This document shows positions 38,868-51,010 of a stretch of DNA of 64,000 nucleotides, piece by piece. Source of the DNA: Octopus sinensis (taxonomy: Eukaryota); contig NC_043006.1 of the NCBI RefSeq assembly GCF_006345805.1, forward strand, positions 17,112,001-17,176,000, given 5' to 3'. The notes under the pieces were generated by a model. That model had not been told where the DNA came from and did not search any database. It saw only the letters and a list, made by a program, of their open reading frames with translations. How positions within the stretch are numbered: the first letter of the stretch is position 1; every line of letters begins with the position of its first letter. The translations under genes were made by a program, and so were the position numbers.

Positions 38868-39456
38868 CACCCACCCACGCACACACGTGTTCGCTGTGTG
38901 TGTGGGGGAATGATTTTTCTTTTATACATGTTTCATTGAAATACACGACCATGTTTCAGTTTAATCTATTTATTATAGATTTTTCGTATGGATTTTTATA
39001 GTTAGATCGAAACAATGAAGGGTTTCTATCGATTTCGACGTTGAGAATTTTGTTATTTGATAGACTGAATTTACGTCTGCATTCGGCAGACATGTGCTCC
39101 CTTAACCTTAATATTCAGACACAGCCATCATGACTCTTTATGACAAGGCCGCATTTTTGTATAACAAGTACTATCTACCCCCAATGGGCTTCATTATAGT
39201 TTCAGAGGATTTCATTGAACTCACACGGTATGGTTTGATCTGAAACTGTAAAAAGAAAAAAGAAAAAGACGTTTGTCCAAGATGCTGTGTATTAGGATTG
39301 AACGCATGACCTCACGGTTGCAAGGCAAACTTCTTGACCATTCGGCCATATCTTCATCATCATGGGTTAGACAGAATTTACTGAGAGAGATTTTCTATGG
39401 CTAGATATTCTCACCAGTTTCTAAGCAAGGTATACATATATGTGTATATATATACA

Positions 39457-40784
39457 TTGGGTTGTTTGATAGATTTCTTCATATTTTTTTTTTCGATTTA
39501 TTTCAGCTTTTGTTTAGCAATTTTAGATCACTCGATAATTGTATTCTCCTTCATGATTCACAACTTCTTGCCAATGTTCCACTAATTTGTCAATGCCTTG
39601 ACGGTTGGAATCATCTTGCCTTGAAGAATTCATTGAGCCACATTTTCAACTCTAAGTGGTTGTTGAACAAAACACCTTACAGACTGTTGGGGAGAGATAA
39701 AAAAAATGAATGTGATAATCTGAAGATACTATATCAGGAAAATGCAGAGGGTGCAGTAGAGCTTCCAAACCAAGCTCTTGAATAGCATTTTTGGATCTTT
39801 TCGGTTTGAATGGCAGTTTTTTCTAGCGGTGTCATATGAAATTGTCACCCATAATTATGACCCTAGTATCGATCTATTGCATTTCAATCTATTTTAGGGT
39901 TAGGGGGGGGTATCTTTTTTTCTTCACAAATGTAAATAAACCCAATCTGTTTCTTAAACGAGGGACATATTCATACGGTACAGAATGTTTCTTTTACCTC
40001 AATGGACGTCATTGATTGGTTGAAATTGCAGAAATTGAAGAAAAAACAATGACAAATATCTTACAAACTATAGAATTTTCTCAATAAAGCCAAGAGAAAA
40101 AGATGTTTTATAAACACATTCTACCAGTATACGAAGTTTAAAATATTTTAGTTACCTAGAAATTATGTTAAAAACTGCCGTTCAAAGATCTGCATTTTTG
40201 GTCAAATTAGCAGCATGGGCATGAGGAAGAAAGATGAAGTGTTGCCAGTCATATCATTTGGACCTTACTCAATGGTGTGACAGTGATGGACAATGATATC
40301 ATAAGAGCATCCCATCTGCTGGGTCAGTTCCCTTGTAAATTGATATGGATCCTCATGGATGAGATTATTCAATCAGTCTTCATTGAACTGAACATGATTG
40401 CTGGAATGTGGAGAATCTGTAAGAGTGAATTTCTTCCTTGAAAAACCCCCCCACTTCTGTGCAGTTTTTTTTTCAATAATAGCAGCTTCTCCATACATAG
40501 CGTAAATGCTTCCTGTGGCCTGGGCAGATTTAGAACATTGACTGAAAGCAAATTTAGAAGCAGGTGTCAAAAATGTTCATTGTTTTTCTACTTGGCACTC
40601 CATTGCTGTATGTCTGAAAAGAGGTAAAATTTGTTTCAAATTTATAAAATGCAGAGGAAGAATCGAGCTACAAAAAAAATAATAATAATAATAGTAATAA
40701 ATCAATAAAACTCTGATAAAAATATTTTGCACATTAATTCAATTATCATTACAAAGAAATGAATCAATTTCTCTGACAACCCAA
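39457..40784 (-). mobile_element. Internally deleted mariner transposon (transposase pseudogene about 39528-40603)
   Basis: TIR ends TTGGGTTGT/ACAACCCAA next to TA (left copy mutated to CA); N-terminus MECQVEK...AMYGEAAI..KTAQKW...LIHEDPYQFTRELTQQMGC; C-terminus HAANLTKNAIQELGLEALLHP..PDIVSSDYH...GIDKLVEHWQEVVNHEGEY; catalytic middle missing. Confidence 0.85.
39794..40191. mobile_element. MITE with 9-bp TSD (Mutator-like), nested in the mariner
   Basis: TSD GCATTTTTG at 39785-39793 and 40192-40200; imperfect TIR gatcttttcggtttgaatggcagtttt / aaaactgccgttcaaagatc. Confidence 0.75.
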
Positions 40785-40834
40785 TACATATCTATGTATG
40801 TGTGTATATATACATATATTTGTATATGTGTATA

Positions 40835-41630
40835 TCATCATCATCGTTTAACGTCCGTTTTCCGCGCTAGCACGGGTTGGACGGTTCGACTGGGGTCTGG
40901 GAAGCCAGGGGCTGCACCAGGCTCCAGTCTGATCTGGCAGAGTTTCTACAGCTGGATGCCCTTCCTAACGCCAACCACTCCGTGAGTGTAGTGGGTGCTT
41001 TATGGGTCCCTTGCATTTAATGATGCTGCAAAAAAGAGAGAGACCTGGAGATACCACTATGCAAGGTTACTAAATGAAGAGAATGAATGAGAGAAAGAGA
41101 GTTTGCCAAATGTCAACCCAACAGAGGGACCAGCTACCTGAATTGAAAGTACCTTGGTAGATAAAGCAATTAAGGATGAAATTCGAGCAAGGCTGACTGG
41201 TACCTGTGCTGCTGGCATGTAAAGTGCATCATTTGAACGTGGGCACCTGTGCCACTGGCATGTAAAAGGAACAATACGAGCATGGCCAATGCCAGTGCCG
41301 CCTGGCTGGTATCCGTGCTGGTGGCACACAAAAGGCACTATTCAAGCATGGCTGATGCTAGTGCTACCTGACTGGCAACTGTGCCAGTGGAACATAAACA
41401 GCACGATTTGAGCATGGCCAATGCCAATGCTGTCTGACTGGCTCTTATGCTGGTGGTATGTAAAAGCACTCACTACACTCTCAGAGTGGGTGGTGTTAGG
41501 AAGGGCCTCCAGCTGTAGAAACCTTGCCAAATTAGACTGGAGCCTGGTGCAGCCTCCCAGCTTGCCAATTCTTAGTCAAACCATGCAACCCATGGAAAGC
41601 AGACGTTAAATGAAAATGATGATGATGACG
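40835..41630. mobile_element. Two family E copies in opposite orientation
   Basis: 40835-41003 minus and about 41190-41630 plus, with RTE-like remnant between. Confidence 0.65.
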
Positions 41631-41639
41631 ATACATATA

Positions 41640-42920
41640 TCATCATCATCGTTGTTTAACATCCATTATCCATGTTGGCATGAGTTGGATGGTTTGATCA
41701 GGTCTGGCAAGTTGGAAGGCTGCGCCAGATTCCAGTCTGATTTGGCATGGTTTCTATAGCTGGATGCCCTTCCTAACACCACCCACTCTGAGAGTGCAAT
41801 GGGTGCTTTTACATGCCACCAGCACAGGTGCTATTTGTGTGACACCAGTATCTGTCATGATTGCAATTTTGCTTGGCTTGATGGGTCTTCTTCTCAAGCA
41901 CGGCATAATGCCAAATGTCTCGTTCATTCATCATTGCCTCTGTGAGGCTTAATATTCGAAAGGTGCTTTTTACATGCCACTGGCATCAGCCACTTTGCCT
42001 CTGTAAGGCCCAACACTTGAAAGGTGCTTTTTACATGCCACTGGCATCAGCCACTTTGCCTCTGTAAGGCCCAACACTTGAAAGGTGCTTTTTACATGCC
42101 ACTGGCATCAGCCACTTTGCCTCTGTAAGGCCAACACTGAAAGGTGCTTTTTACATGCCACTGGCATCAGCCACTTTGCCTCTGTAAGGCCCAACACTTG
42201 AAAGGTGCTTTTTACATGCCACTGGCATCAGCCACTTTGCCTCTGTAAGGCCCAACACTTGAAAGGTGCTTTTTACATGCCACTGGCATCAGCCCACTTT
42301 CCTCTGTAAGGCCCAACACTTGAAGGTGCTTTTTATACATGCCACTGCATCAGCCACTTTGCCTCTGTAAGGCCCAACACTTGAAAGGTGCTTTTTACAT
42401 GCCACTGGCATCAGCCACTTTGCCTCTGTAAGGCCCAACACTTGAAAGGTGCTTTTTACATGCCACTGGCATCAGCCACTTTGCCTCTGTAAGGCCCAAC
42501 ACTTGAAAGGTGCTTTTTACATGCCACTGGCATCACCACTTTGCCTCTGTAAGGCCCAACACTTGAAAGGTGCTTTTTACATGCCACATCACAGCCACTT
42601 TGCCTCTGTAAGGCCCAACACTTGAAAGGTGCTTTTTACATGCCACTGGCATCAGCCACTTTGCCTCTGTAAGGCCCAACACTTGAAAGGTGCTTTTTAC
42701 ATGCCACTGGCATCAGCCACTTTGCCTCTGTAAGGCCCAACACTTGAAAGGTGCTTTTTACATGCCACTGGCATCAGCCACTTTGCCTCTGTAAGGCCCA
42801 ACACTTGAAAGGTGCTTTTTACATGCCACTGGCATCAGCCACTTTGCCTCTGTAAGGCCCAACACTTGAAAGGTGCTTTTTACATGCCAGTTACATGACG
42901 CCAGCATCAGCCACATCTAC
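41640..42920 (-). mobile_element. RTE LINE 3' end (family E) containing an expanded 61-bp array
   Basis: Family E tail plus C-terminal coding remnant RILSLTEAMMNERDIWHYAVLEKKTHQAK at about 41865-41958. Confidence 0.75.
41959..42890. repeat. 61-bp minisatellite, about 15.5 copies
   Basis: Unit aaaggtgctttttacatgccactggcatcagccactttgcctctgtaaggcccaacacttg; 16 unit starts counted; few small indels, no spacers. Confidence 0.95.
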
Positions 42921-43009
42921 GATTTGACTTATGTATTTTATTTTTTATTTTTTTTATTTTATCTAGTTTCAGCTCACGAGCTGTGGCCATGCTGGGGCAA
43001 TATATATAT

Positions 43010-43375
43010 CATCATCATCATCATCATTGTTTAACTGGGTTGGACAGTTTTGACTGAGGGCTGGCGAACCAGATGGCTGCACCAGGCTCCAGTCTTGATC
43101 TGGCAGAGTTTCTACAGCTGGATGCCCTTCCTAACGCCAACCACTCCGAGAGTGTAGTGGGTGCTTTTTACGTGCCACCTGCACGGGGGCCAGTCAGGCG
43201 GTACTGGCAATGACCTTGCTGGAATATTTTTACACATGCCACCAGCACAGGTGCCAGTGAAGCGACATTGGTAACAACCACGCTCGAATGGTGCCCTTTT
43301 ACGTGCAATGGGTATGGAAGCCAGTTGGCTGCTCTGGCAATGATCACGTTCGGATGGTGTTCTTGGCACTCTATA
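43010..43375 (-). mobile_element. Family E copy
   Basis: Same blocks in reverse. Confidence 0.7.
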
Positions 43376-43595
43376 TATATATATATATTTATTGAAGTAG
43401 ATAAATGAATTATCTTATTACGGATAATTCAAATGATAACCGATACCTGGGTAGCAAAAATCACAACAGAAAAAGCATGGTTGAGGTTACGACCATGGGG
43501 CCTAAAATCCTTGCTTAGTGCGGAAATTTGAAGTTTTATATATTTTTGTAGGAAGAAATGGAGATGAACGAAGATTTAACAAATTCCTTTTTATT

Positions 43596-43681
43596 ATTTT
43601 CTACATATGTTTCAAAGGCTGCAAAGTCCCTAATTCGGATTGAATAAGGAGTCCATTTTGCAGCCTTCTCTTCAGGAAAAT
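43596..43681 (-). ncRNA. Type I hammerhead ribozyme motif with intact core, in a Penelope-like repeat end
   Basis: Minus strand: ATTTTC-CTGAAGA-GAAGGCTGCAAA...TTTGCAGCCTTT-GAAA-CATATG-TA-GAAAAT; 6-bp stem I, 12-bp stem II, palindromic stem III ACATATGT, GUA cleavage triplet. Confidence 0.75.
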
Positions 43682-43756
43682 CCAGGAACTTAATTCTCCA
43701 ACAAAATGCACAGCAAGCTTTTCGACAAACGCTCACGAGGAGCCCATGGAATAAAT

Positions 43757-43812
<56 letters not shown>

Positions 43813-43930
43813 AATGGAGAATGGAGACAAATGCACAAGATGTTATTTAAATCATTTATATCACCAACATATATGTTTCAGTAGATACATTAAAATTAAT
43901 CTGGGAGGGAAAATTCAGAAACAAAATGTA

Positions 43931-44218
43931 GGGCAATCAACAAATTCCCAGATGCAAAATTTTTAATGTAATTTTTAAAAATACACATACATCAATACAT
44001 TTTAATACAGATCAATAGATTTATATATATAAAAGTACCACATATAAATATATAGATAAAAGTATAGATTAAAAGAATGTAAAAATATTTGAGGTGTAAA
44101 TAAGGTAAAAAAGTACTTTTATATATATAGCGCTATTGGTCTGTATTAAAATGTATTAATGTATGTGTATTTTTTAAAATATGTTTAAAATTTTGTGTCT
44201 GGGAATTTGTTGATTGAC
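43931..44218. mobile_element. Foldback MITE (arms about 105 bp)
   Basis: 43931-44038 is reverse-complementary to 44113-44218. Confidence 0.65.
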
Positions 44219-44357
44219 CTTGGAAACATGAGGATTAGCTACAAGAAGGGCATTAGGTCAAAGAAAATCTGTTATAATAAATTCCATCTGACCCATATAA
44301 GCAAAGAAAAGTGGACGTTAAAGTGATGATGATGACTACTATAATTGTCTCTGTTCC

Positions 44358-44576
44358 TTAACCCTTTAGTGTTCACATTATTCTGCTAAAATTAATGCTT
44401 TTTCTTCCATACTATTTTGAACTAATCATGCATTATCTTGTAGCTGTGAGATTTTGATGAGGTAGCAGTTAATTTTTAAAACGACATTGTAGGGTTGGTG
44501 TGAGAGACCTGATCTGGTCAGTTTGAACATAAAACAGGCTGAATACTTTTGGCCAGTTTAAATGCTAAAGTGTTAA
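44358..44576. mobile_element. TTAA MITE family G
   Basis: ttaaccctttagt...aaatgctaaagtgttaa. Confidence 0.7.
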
Positions 44577-44816
44577 ACATGACTGGTTTGGTGTCTCCTT
44601 TTACTCTTACACTCTGAAGAGTACATGAAATAGGCAAACTGTAATCAGCAGAGTTATATGCCTTGCTTATGGGCACGATACAGTGCTTGTTGTAAAATTT
44701 GTACCTTTGTCTAAGTGGACAATAGTCAAGTACTTTAACCTCACAGCTAGTGTGATTCTTTCACAAAATACAATCTGAAATTAGAGACAACTTTCATGGT
44801 ATTTCTTGTAATACAG

Positions 44817-45050
44817 GAAGGCAGCGAGCTGGCAGAAACGTTAGCACGCCGGGCGAAATGCGTAGCCGTATTTCCTCTGCCGTTACGTTCTGAGTTCAAA
44901 TTCCGCCGAGGTCGACTTTGCCTTTCATCCTTTCGGGGTCGATAAATTAAGTACCAGTTATGCACTGGGGTCGATGTAATTGACTTAGTCCATTTGTCTG
45001 TCCTTCTTTGTCCCCTCTGTGTTTAGCCCCTTGTGGGTAGTAAAGAAATA
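44817..45050 (+). mobile_element. SINE family D (full length)
   Basis: 19-bp TSD GGTATTTCTTGTAATACAG. Confidence 0.9.
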
Positions 45051-45084
45051 GGTATTTCTTGTAATACAGTAAATCTTTATGTGC

Positions 45085-45253
45085 AGGTGGCATGTAAAAA
45101 GCACCCACTACACTCGCGGAGTGGTTGGCGTTAGGAAGGGCATCCAGCCGTAGAAACTCTGCCAGATCAGACTGGAGCCTGGAGCAGCCCCTGGCTTCCC
45201 AGACCCCGGTCGAACTGTCCAACCCGTGCTAGTGCGGAAAACGGACGTTAAAC

Positions 45254-45285
<32 letters not shown>
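45085..45285 (+). mobile_element. Family E copy (short, CpG-rich, young)
   Basis: Retains CpGs; long (GAT)n tail. Confidence 0.75.
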
Positions 45286-45286
<1 letters not shown>

Positions 45287-45986
45287 TGGTAGGTATTAGT
45301 GGATGGAATTAGCATAACAAAAGTATCTTTGAATTTACAGGTAATTTAATGGTAACTGTTAACATGCCAAGCAAAATGCTTAGTGTTATTTCATTTAGTT
45401 TTATGTTCTGTGTTCAAATTCTGTTGAGGTCAGCTTTACCTTTCATCCTTTCAGAGTCGATAAAATGAGTACCAGTTGAGTACTGGGGTCAGTGTAATTG
45501 ACTTAATTACTCTTGGGTAAAAGTATAAAAACTGCACCCTTCAGCCAAGTCATGTCAAGCTAGTGTGGCAGTTTAGGCTCTCAAACCAGTATGATCTCAA
45601 GCTGAAGTTCACAGCCATCGCATTAGACTGTGGTTTGTAGAAAGAACATGCTGAGGCCTTTGTCCTGCAGTGGACTGAATATAGATGATCCGATTCAGTA
45701 CAATCCATAATGGTAATTAAAAATGTTTACAAAACTCAAGTCCTCAAAGAGATGATATATTCAGGTTAGGCACTTTATATGGTACTGGTAGTTTAGACAT
45801 AGGCTTTGAATGCAGAAGATCCATGAAAGTTTGAGAGAAAGGGGTCAAGTATATACTGTTAACCCTTTTAATACCAACATGAGACTGGCCCTTGTTCTAT
45901 GTTACCAAATTCTTATTCTAAAGTAATCTAACCCTTTAGTATTCAAACTGGCCATATCTGTGCCAAATATTCTTCTTGTTCAAAGT

Positions 45987-46378
45987 GGTGTGGAAGCACT
46001 CCGTCGGTTACAACGATGAGGGTTCCAGTTGATCCGAATCAACGGAACAGCCTGGTCGTGAAATTAACATGTAAGTGGCTGAGCACTCCACAGACACGTG
46101 CACCCTTAACGTAGTTCTCGGGGATATTCAGCATGACACAGAGAGTGACAAGGCCGGCCCCTTGAAATACAGGTACAACAGAAACAGGAAGTAAGAGTGA
46201 GAGAAAGTTGTGGTGAAAGAGTACAGCAGGGATCACCACCATCCCCTGCCGGAGCCTTGTGGAGCTTTTAGGTGTTTTTGCTCAATAAACACTCACATCG
46301 CCCGGTCTGGGAATCGAAACCGCAATCCTATGACCGCAAGTCCGCTGCCCTAACCACTGGGCCATTGTGCCTCCACAA
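45987..46378 (-). mobile_element. SINE family A, tail type 2
   Basis: TSD TGTTCAAAGT; splits a family G MITE. Confidence 0.85.
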
Positions 46379-46961
46379 TGTTCAAAGTAGTCAGATCAGG
46401 CCTCTTACACCTACCCTACATTGTCATTTCTAAAGTAAAGAGTCACATCATTGAAATTTCAAAGCTACAAGATACATGAGTAATTCAAAATAATGTAAAT
46501 ATCCAAGCATTACATTTACTACAGCAGTCTGAATGCTAAAGGGTTAAATCAAAACCTTCTATCAATATTCCATGTTAATTTATGTTTTAAACTCCAGCTG
46601 AATAAAGGTAAACTTATGTTATTAACAGGCACATGTGTGTGGTTATGAAGCTCACTTTGCAACCATATGGTTTTGGGTTCAGTTTCACAGCGTGGCGCTA
46701 TGGGCAAGTGTCTTCTACTATAGCTCTCTGGGCTGATCAGTGCTTTGTGAATGAATTTCATTGATGAAAACTATGTGGAAACCCATCATGCATTTATATG
46801 TGAGTGTATGTGTTGGTTCCCCACCACTGCTTGACAACCGGTGTTGGTTTGATTATGTCCCTGTAACTTTGTGGTTTGGCAAAAGAAACTGATAGAATAA
46901 GTACCAGACTTAAACAAAAAGAAAAAAAAAATGTTAGAAGTACTCAAGCCAGTTTGTTTGA

Positions 46962-47188
46962 TTAACCCTTTAGTGTTCAGATTATTCAATCAAACAATAT
47001 GCCTATTAATTCCCATTGATTTGAATTAATCATGCATTATCTCATATCTTCAAGATCTTGATGGTGTGATTACTTAATGTAGAATAACATTGTAGGGTAG
47101 GTGTGAGAGCCTGGATCTGGTCAGTTTGAACATAAAACAGATTAACTATTTTGGCCGGATATGGCCGGTTTAAATACTAAAGGGTTAA
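46962..47188. mobile_element. TTAA MITE family G
   Basis: ttaaccctttagt...aaatactaaagggttaa. Interrupted copies at about 4100-4866, 15432-16005, 45928-46547 and 58052-58601. Confidence 0.75.
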
Positions 47189-47364
47189 ACCTTCAAGGCA
47201 GTGCCCCAGCATGGTCGCAGTCCAATAACTGAAACAAGTAACATATTCTACCAAAACATTCAAAGTATTTTATGTTCAAAGTGGCCAGATGTGGTCTCTC
47301 ACACCAACCCTACAATCTTAAGGCTACAAGATAATGCATGATTAATTCAAATCAACCATCATCA

Positions 47365-47590
47365 TCATCATCATCGTTTAACATCTGCTTTCCATGCTAG
47401 CATGGGTTGGACGTATGACTGTGGGCTGGCAAACCAGATGGCTGCACCAGGCTTCAATCTTGATCTGGCAGAGTTTCTACAGCTGGATGCCCTTCCTAAC
47501 GCCAACCACTCTGAGAGTGTAGTGGGTGCTTTTACATGCCACCAGCACAGGACCAGTCAGGCGGTACTGGCAACGACCTCGCTCGAATGG
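47365..47590 (-). mobile_element. Family E copy
   Basis: Same blocks in reverse. Confidence 0.7.
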
Positions 47591-47788
47591 CAATGACAAC
47601 GAAAAATCATTACTTTCAACAGAATAATGTGAATGCTAAAGGGTTCAAAATTAATTGGATCAAATAATATATTTCAACTGAAATATGGTGCCAAAAAGGT
47701 TGACTTGCACGAAAGGTAGAATACAGGTTAACTGTAACAGTGGCTGGGTAAAGAAGATGAACTACAGTGATATAGTGTAGTATAATGT

Positions 47789-48176
47789 GGATGGAAGCAC
47801 TCCGTCGGTTACGATGATGAGGGTTCCGGTTGAGCCGATTCAACGGAACAGCCTGCTCGTGAAATTAACGTGTAAGTGGCTGAGCACTCCACAGACACGT
47901 GTACCCTTAATGTAGTTCTCGGGGATATTCAGCGTGAGACAGAGAGTGACAAGGCCGGCGCTTTGAAATACAGGTACAACAGAAACAGGAAGTAAGAGTG
48001 AGAGAAAGTTGTGGTGAAAGAGTACAGCAGGGATCACCACCATCCCTTGCCGGAGCCTGGTGGAGCTTTAGGTGTTTTCGCTCAATAAACACTCACAACG
48101 CCCGGTCTGGGAATCGAAACCGCGATCCTATGACCGCGAGTCCGCTGCCCGAACCACTGGGCCATTGCGCCTCCAC
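47789..48176 (-). mobile_element. SINE family A, tail type 2
   Basis: TSD AGTATAATGT. Confidence 0.85.
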
Positions 48177-48733
48177 AGTATAATGTAGGTAGTATGGTTT
48201 TGTAATACCAATAGGTGATTAAGGCTATAAAAGAGACATGAACTGTTCGTAGTAGAAGCTATTTTAGATACAAAAATAACTGACAATACTAGATTTAAAT
48301 TATTTCAATCATTGATGTGGGAATGTTGTCAAAATATTTATTCTCATCAATGGAGTTGATGAAAAAAAACTCCGGAAAGGTGTTAGTATGTCTATTGTAT
48401 ACTTTTGTATGTTTTATCAGTTATATATATTCTATAAACAATATGTGTATATAATTGGAAAGCTAATTTGTCAAATGTAGATTGTGTGACTGAACGTCAA
48501 TCTAATTTGGTAACATCTGGTGAAAAACTGTTAAAATGGTTTATAATTTCTTTAACCCTTTAATATTTAAACCAGCCATATCCACTCCAAATATTCTACC
48601 TGGTTTATGTTCAAACTGGCCAGATCTAGTCTTTCACACCTATTCTACAATGTTATTCTAAAAATATACAATCACGCCATCAAAATGAAAGACTATTTTA
48701 TTTATAAGAGAAACTGGCGAGATCGAGATAGAA

Positions 48734-48927
48734 TACTTATTTCTTTATTACCCACAAGGGGCTAAACACAGAGGGAACAAACAAGGACAGACATAGGTAT
48801 TAAGTCGATTACATTGACCCCAGTGCGTAACTGGTACTTAATTTATCGACCCCGAAAGGATGAAAGGCAAAGTCGACCTCGGCGGAATTTGAACTCACAA
48901 CGTAACGGCAGACGAAATACCGCCTTA
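48734..48927 (-). mobile_element. SINE family D
   Basis: TSD ATCGAGATAGAA. Confidence 0.85.
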
Positions 48928-49093
48928 ATCGAGATAGAAGACTGCCAGGTGAACTGTAGTTTTAATTTAAAGGTCTGGCCTAGCCATTTACTGTTTTACG
49001 CCGACTGAACTATGAAATAATGTATGACCAATTCCAAACAATGTGAATAAATAAGCATTATATTTGTTAGAATAATCTGAATGTGAATGGATT

Positions 49094-49483
49094 GATGGAT
49101 GGAAGCACTCCGTCGGTTACGACGATGAGGGTTCCGGTTGATCCGATCAACGGAACAGCCTGCTCGTGAAATTAACGTGTAAGTGGCTGAGCACTCCACA
49201 GACACGTGTACCCTTAACGTAGTTCTCGGGGATATTCAGCGTGACACAGAGAGTGACAAGGCCGGCCCTTTGAAATACAGGTACAACAGAAACAGGAAGT
49301 AAGAGTGAGAGAAAGTTGTGGTGAAAGAGTACAGCAGGGATCACCACCATCCCCTGCCGGAGCCTCATGGAGCTTTAGGTGCTTTCGCTCAATAAACACT
49401 CACAACGCCCGGTCTGGGAATTGAAACCGCGATCCTACGACCACGAGTCCGCTGCCCTAACCACTGGGCCATTGCGCCTCCAC
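49094..49483 (-). mobile_element. SINE family A, tail type 2
   Basis: TSD TGTGAATGGATT. Confidence 0.85.
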
Positions 49484-49514
49484 TGTGAATGGATTAATGT
49501 ATTAGATACAGAAG

Positions 49515-49880
49515 TGAATGAGTGGTTAAGAAGCTTACTTCCCAACCATGTGGTTTTGGGTTCAGATCCACTGTGCAGTACTTGAGGTAAGTGTCTACTA
49601 CTATAGTGCCAGGCCAACTGAAGGCACTGTGAATGGATTTACTACATAGAAACCGCAAGAAGCCCAATGTTTATGTATCTGTGTGTGTGTGTTCTCACAT
49701 GTGTGTTGTTTTTGTCCTGGCATCATGTGATGGTTGTTGTAAATGAGCATCACCATCAAACAAGCAGTGTTGTTCATTTCTAATCCTCTGGGAAAAACAT
49801 ATCTGGCTATGGAGAAATACAGTCTTGCTTGAAAACAGATGGGATCAGTGACAGGAAGGGCATCCACCTGTAAAAAAAAT
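49515..49880 (+). mobile_element. SINE family C, alternative tail ending in the RTE-type aggaagggcatcc block
   Basis: Degenerate C head followed by a different 3' half. Confidence 0.6.
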
Positions 49881-49885
49881 CTACC

Positions 49886-50105
49886 TCTTTTACTCTTTTG
49901 TTTCAGTCATTTGACTGTAGCCATGCTGGAGCACTGCCTTTAGTCGAGCAAATCGACCCCAGGACTTGTTCTTTGTAAGCCTAGTACTTTTTCTATCGGT
50001 TCCTTTTGCTGAACCGCTAAGTTACAGGGATGTAAACACATCAGCATCGGTTGTTAAGCGATGTTGCGGGGACAAACATAGACACACAAACATATACACA
50101 CACAC

Positions 50106-50161
<56 letters not shown>

Positions 50162-50325
50162 GACGGGCTTCTTTCAGTTTCCGTCTACCAAATCCACTTA
50201 CACGGCTCTGGTAGGCCTGAGGCTATAGTAGAAGACACTTGCCCAAGGTGCCATGCAGTGGGACTGAACCCGGAACCATGTGGTTCGTAAGCAAGCTACT
50301 TACCACACAGCCATTCCTACGCCTA
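49886..50325 (-). mobile_element. SINE family C
   Basis: Full-length reverse copy with long (TA)n. Confidence 0.75.
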
Positions 50326-51010
50326 TACCTTAACAAATTCCATTTGATCCATGCAAGCCTGGAAAAGTAGATGTTAAAACGATATTGATATTTTGATTAG
50401 TCACCATATAATCATTAATTATGTTTGATCAACAGTTATATTTTTGTCAATGAACTTTAAATTATTTCTATACTTTGAAAAAAACTCATCATTAAGTAAT
50501 TTTGTATTAAATTTGTGACAGTTGTATTAGAAAATTTTCAGGGGAGTCTTCTGGATGAAAAACATTCAGTTAAGTGCAGACTAATATAATTATTGTAGCG
50601 AAGCAAAAATAATTTTTAATGAGCTGAAATTACACCTGTTGTGAGAAGAAAAGTCATTCATTTTAGTAACTATTTTTGTCAATAAATCCTAAAATTTCAA
50701 TTAATGAAGAATTATTTGGTATAATAATATTTGTAGTCTTAATTATCCTCGTTTCTCATTCATGTTTTTATAATATCATTAATAATTTGCTTTTATGACT
50801 TCAATCAAGTAAGTAGACACTGACAATGTGTGTATTATACTATTAATTTGCATTGCTGGAACTTGTACTGTTATGCATATTAGGCAAACCATCTTAGATT
50901 TAATGCTTATGATATTAATCTGTGTGTAATTACTCCTGTTTTTATGGTACAAGCTTCCTGTTTAAAGTGTTCTAAATAAAGAAAAAATTTTCCTTAGAAA
51001 TTTTGTGTTA

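Noticed and set aside
41959-42890. Regular array that could be mistaken for CRISPR
   Set aside because: Units are contiguous with no unique spacers, derive from an RTE 3' end, and there are no cas genes in this eukaryotic DNA.
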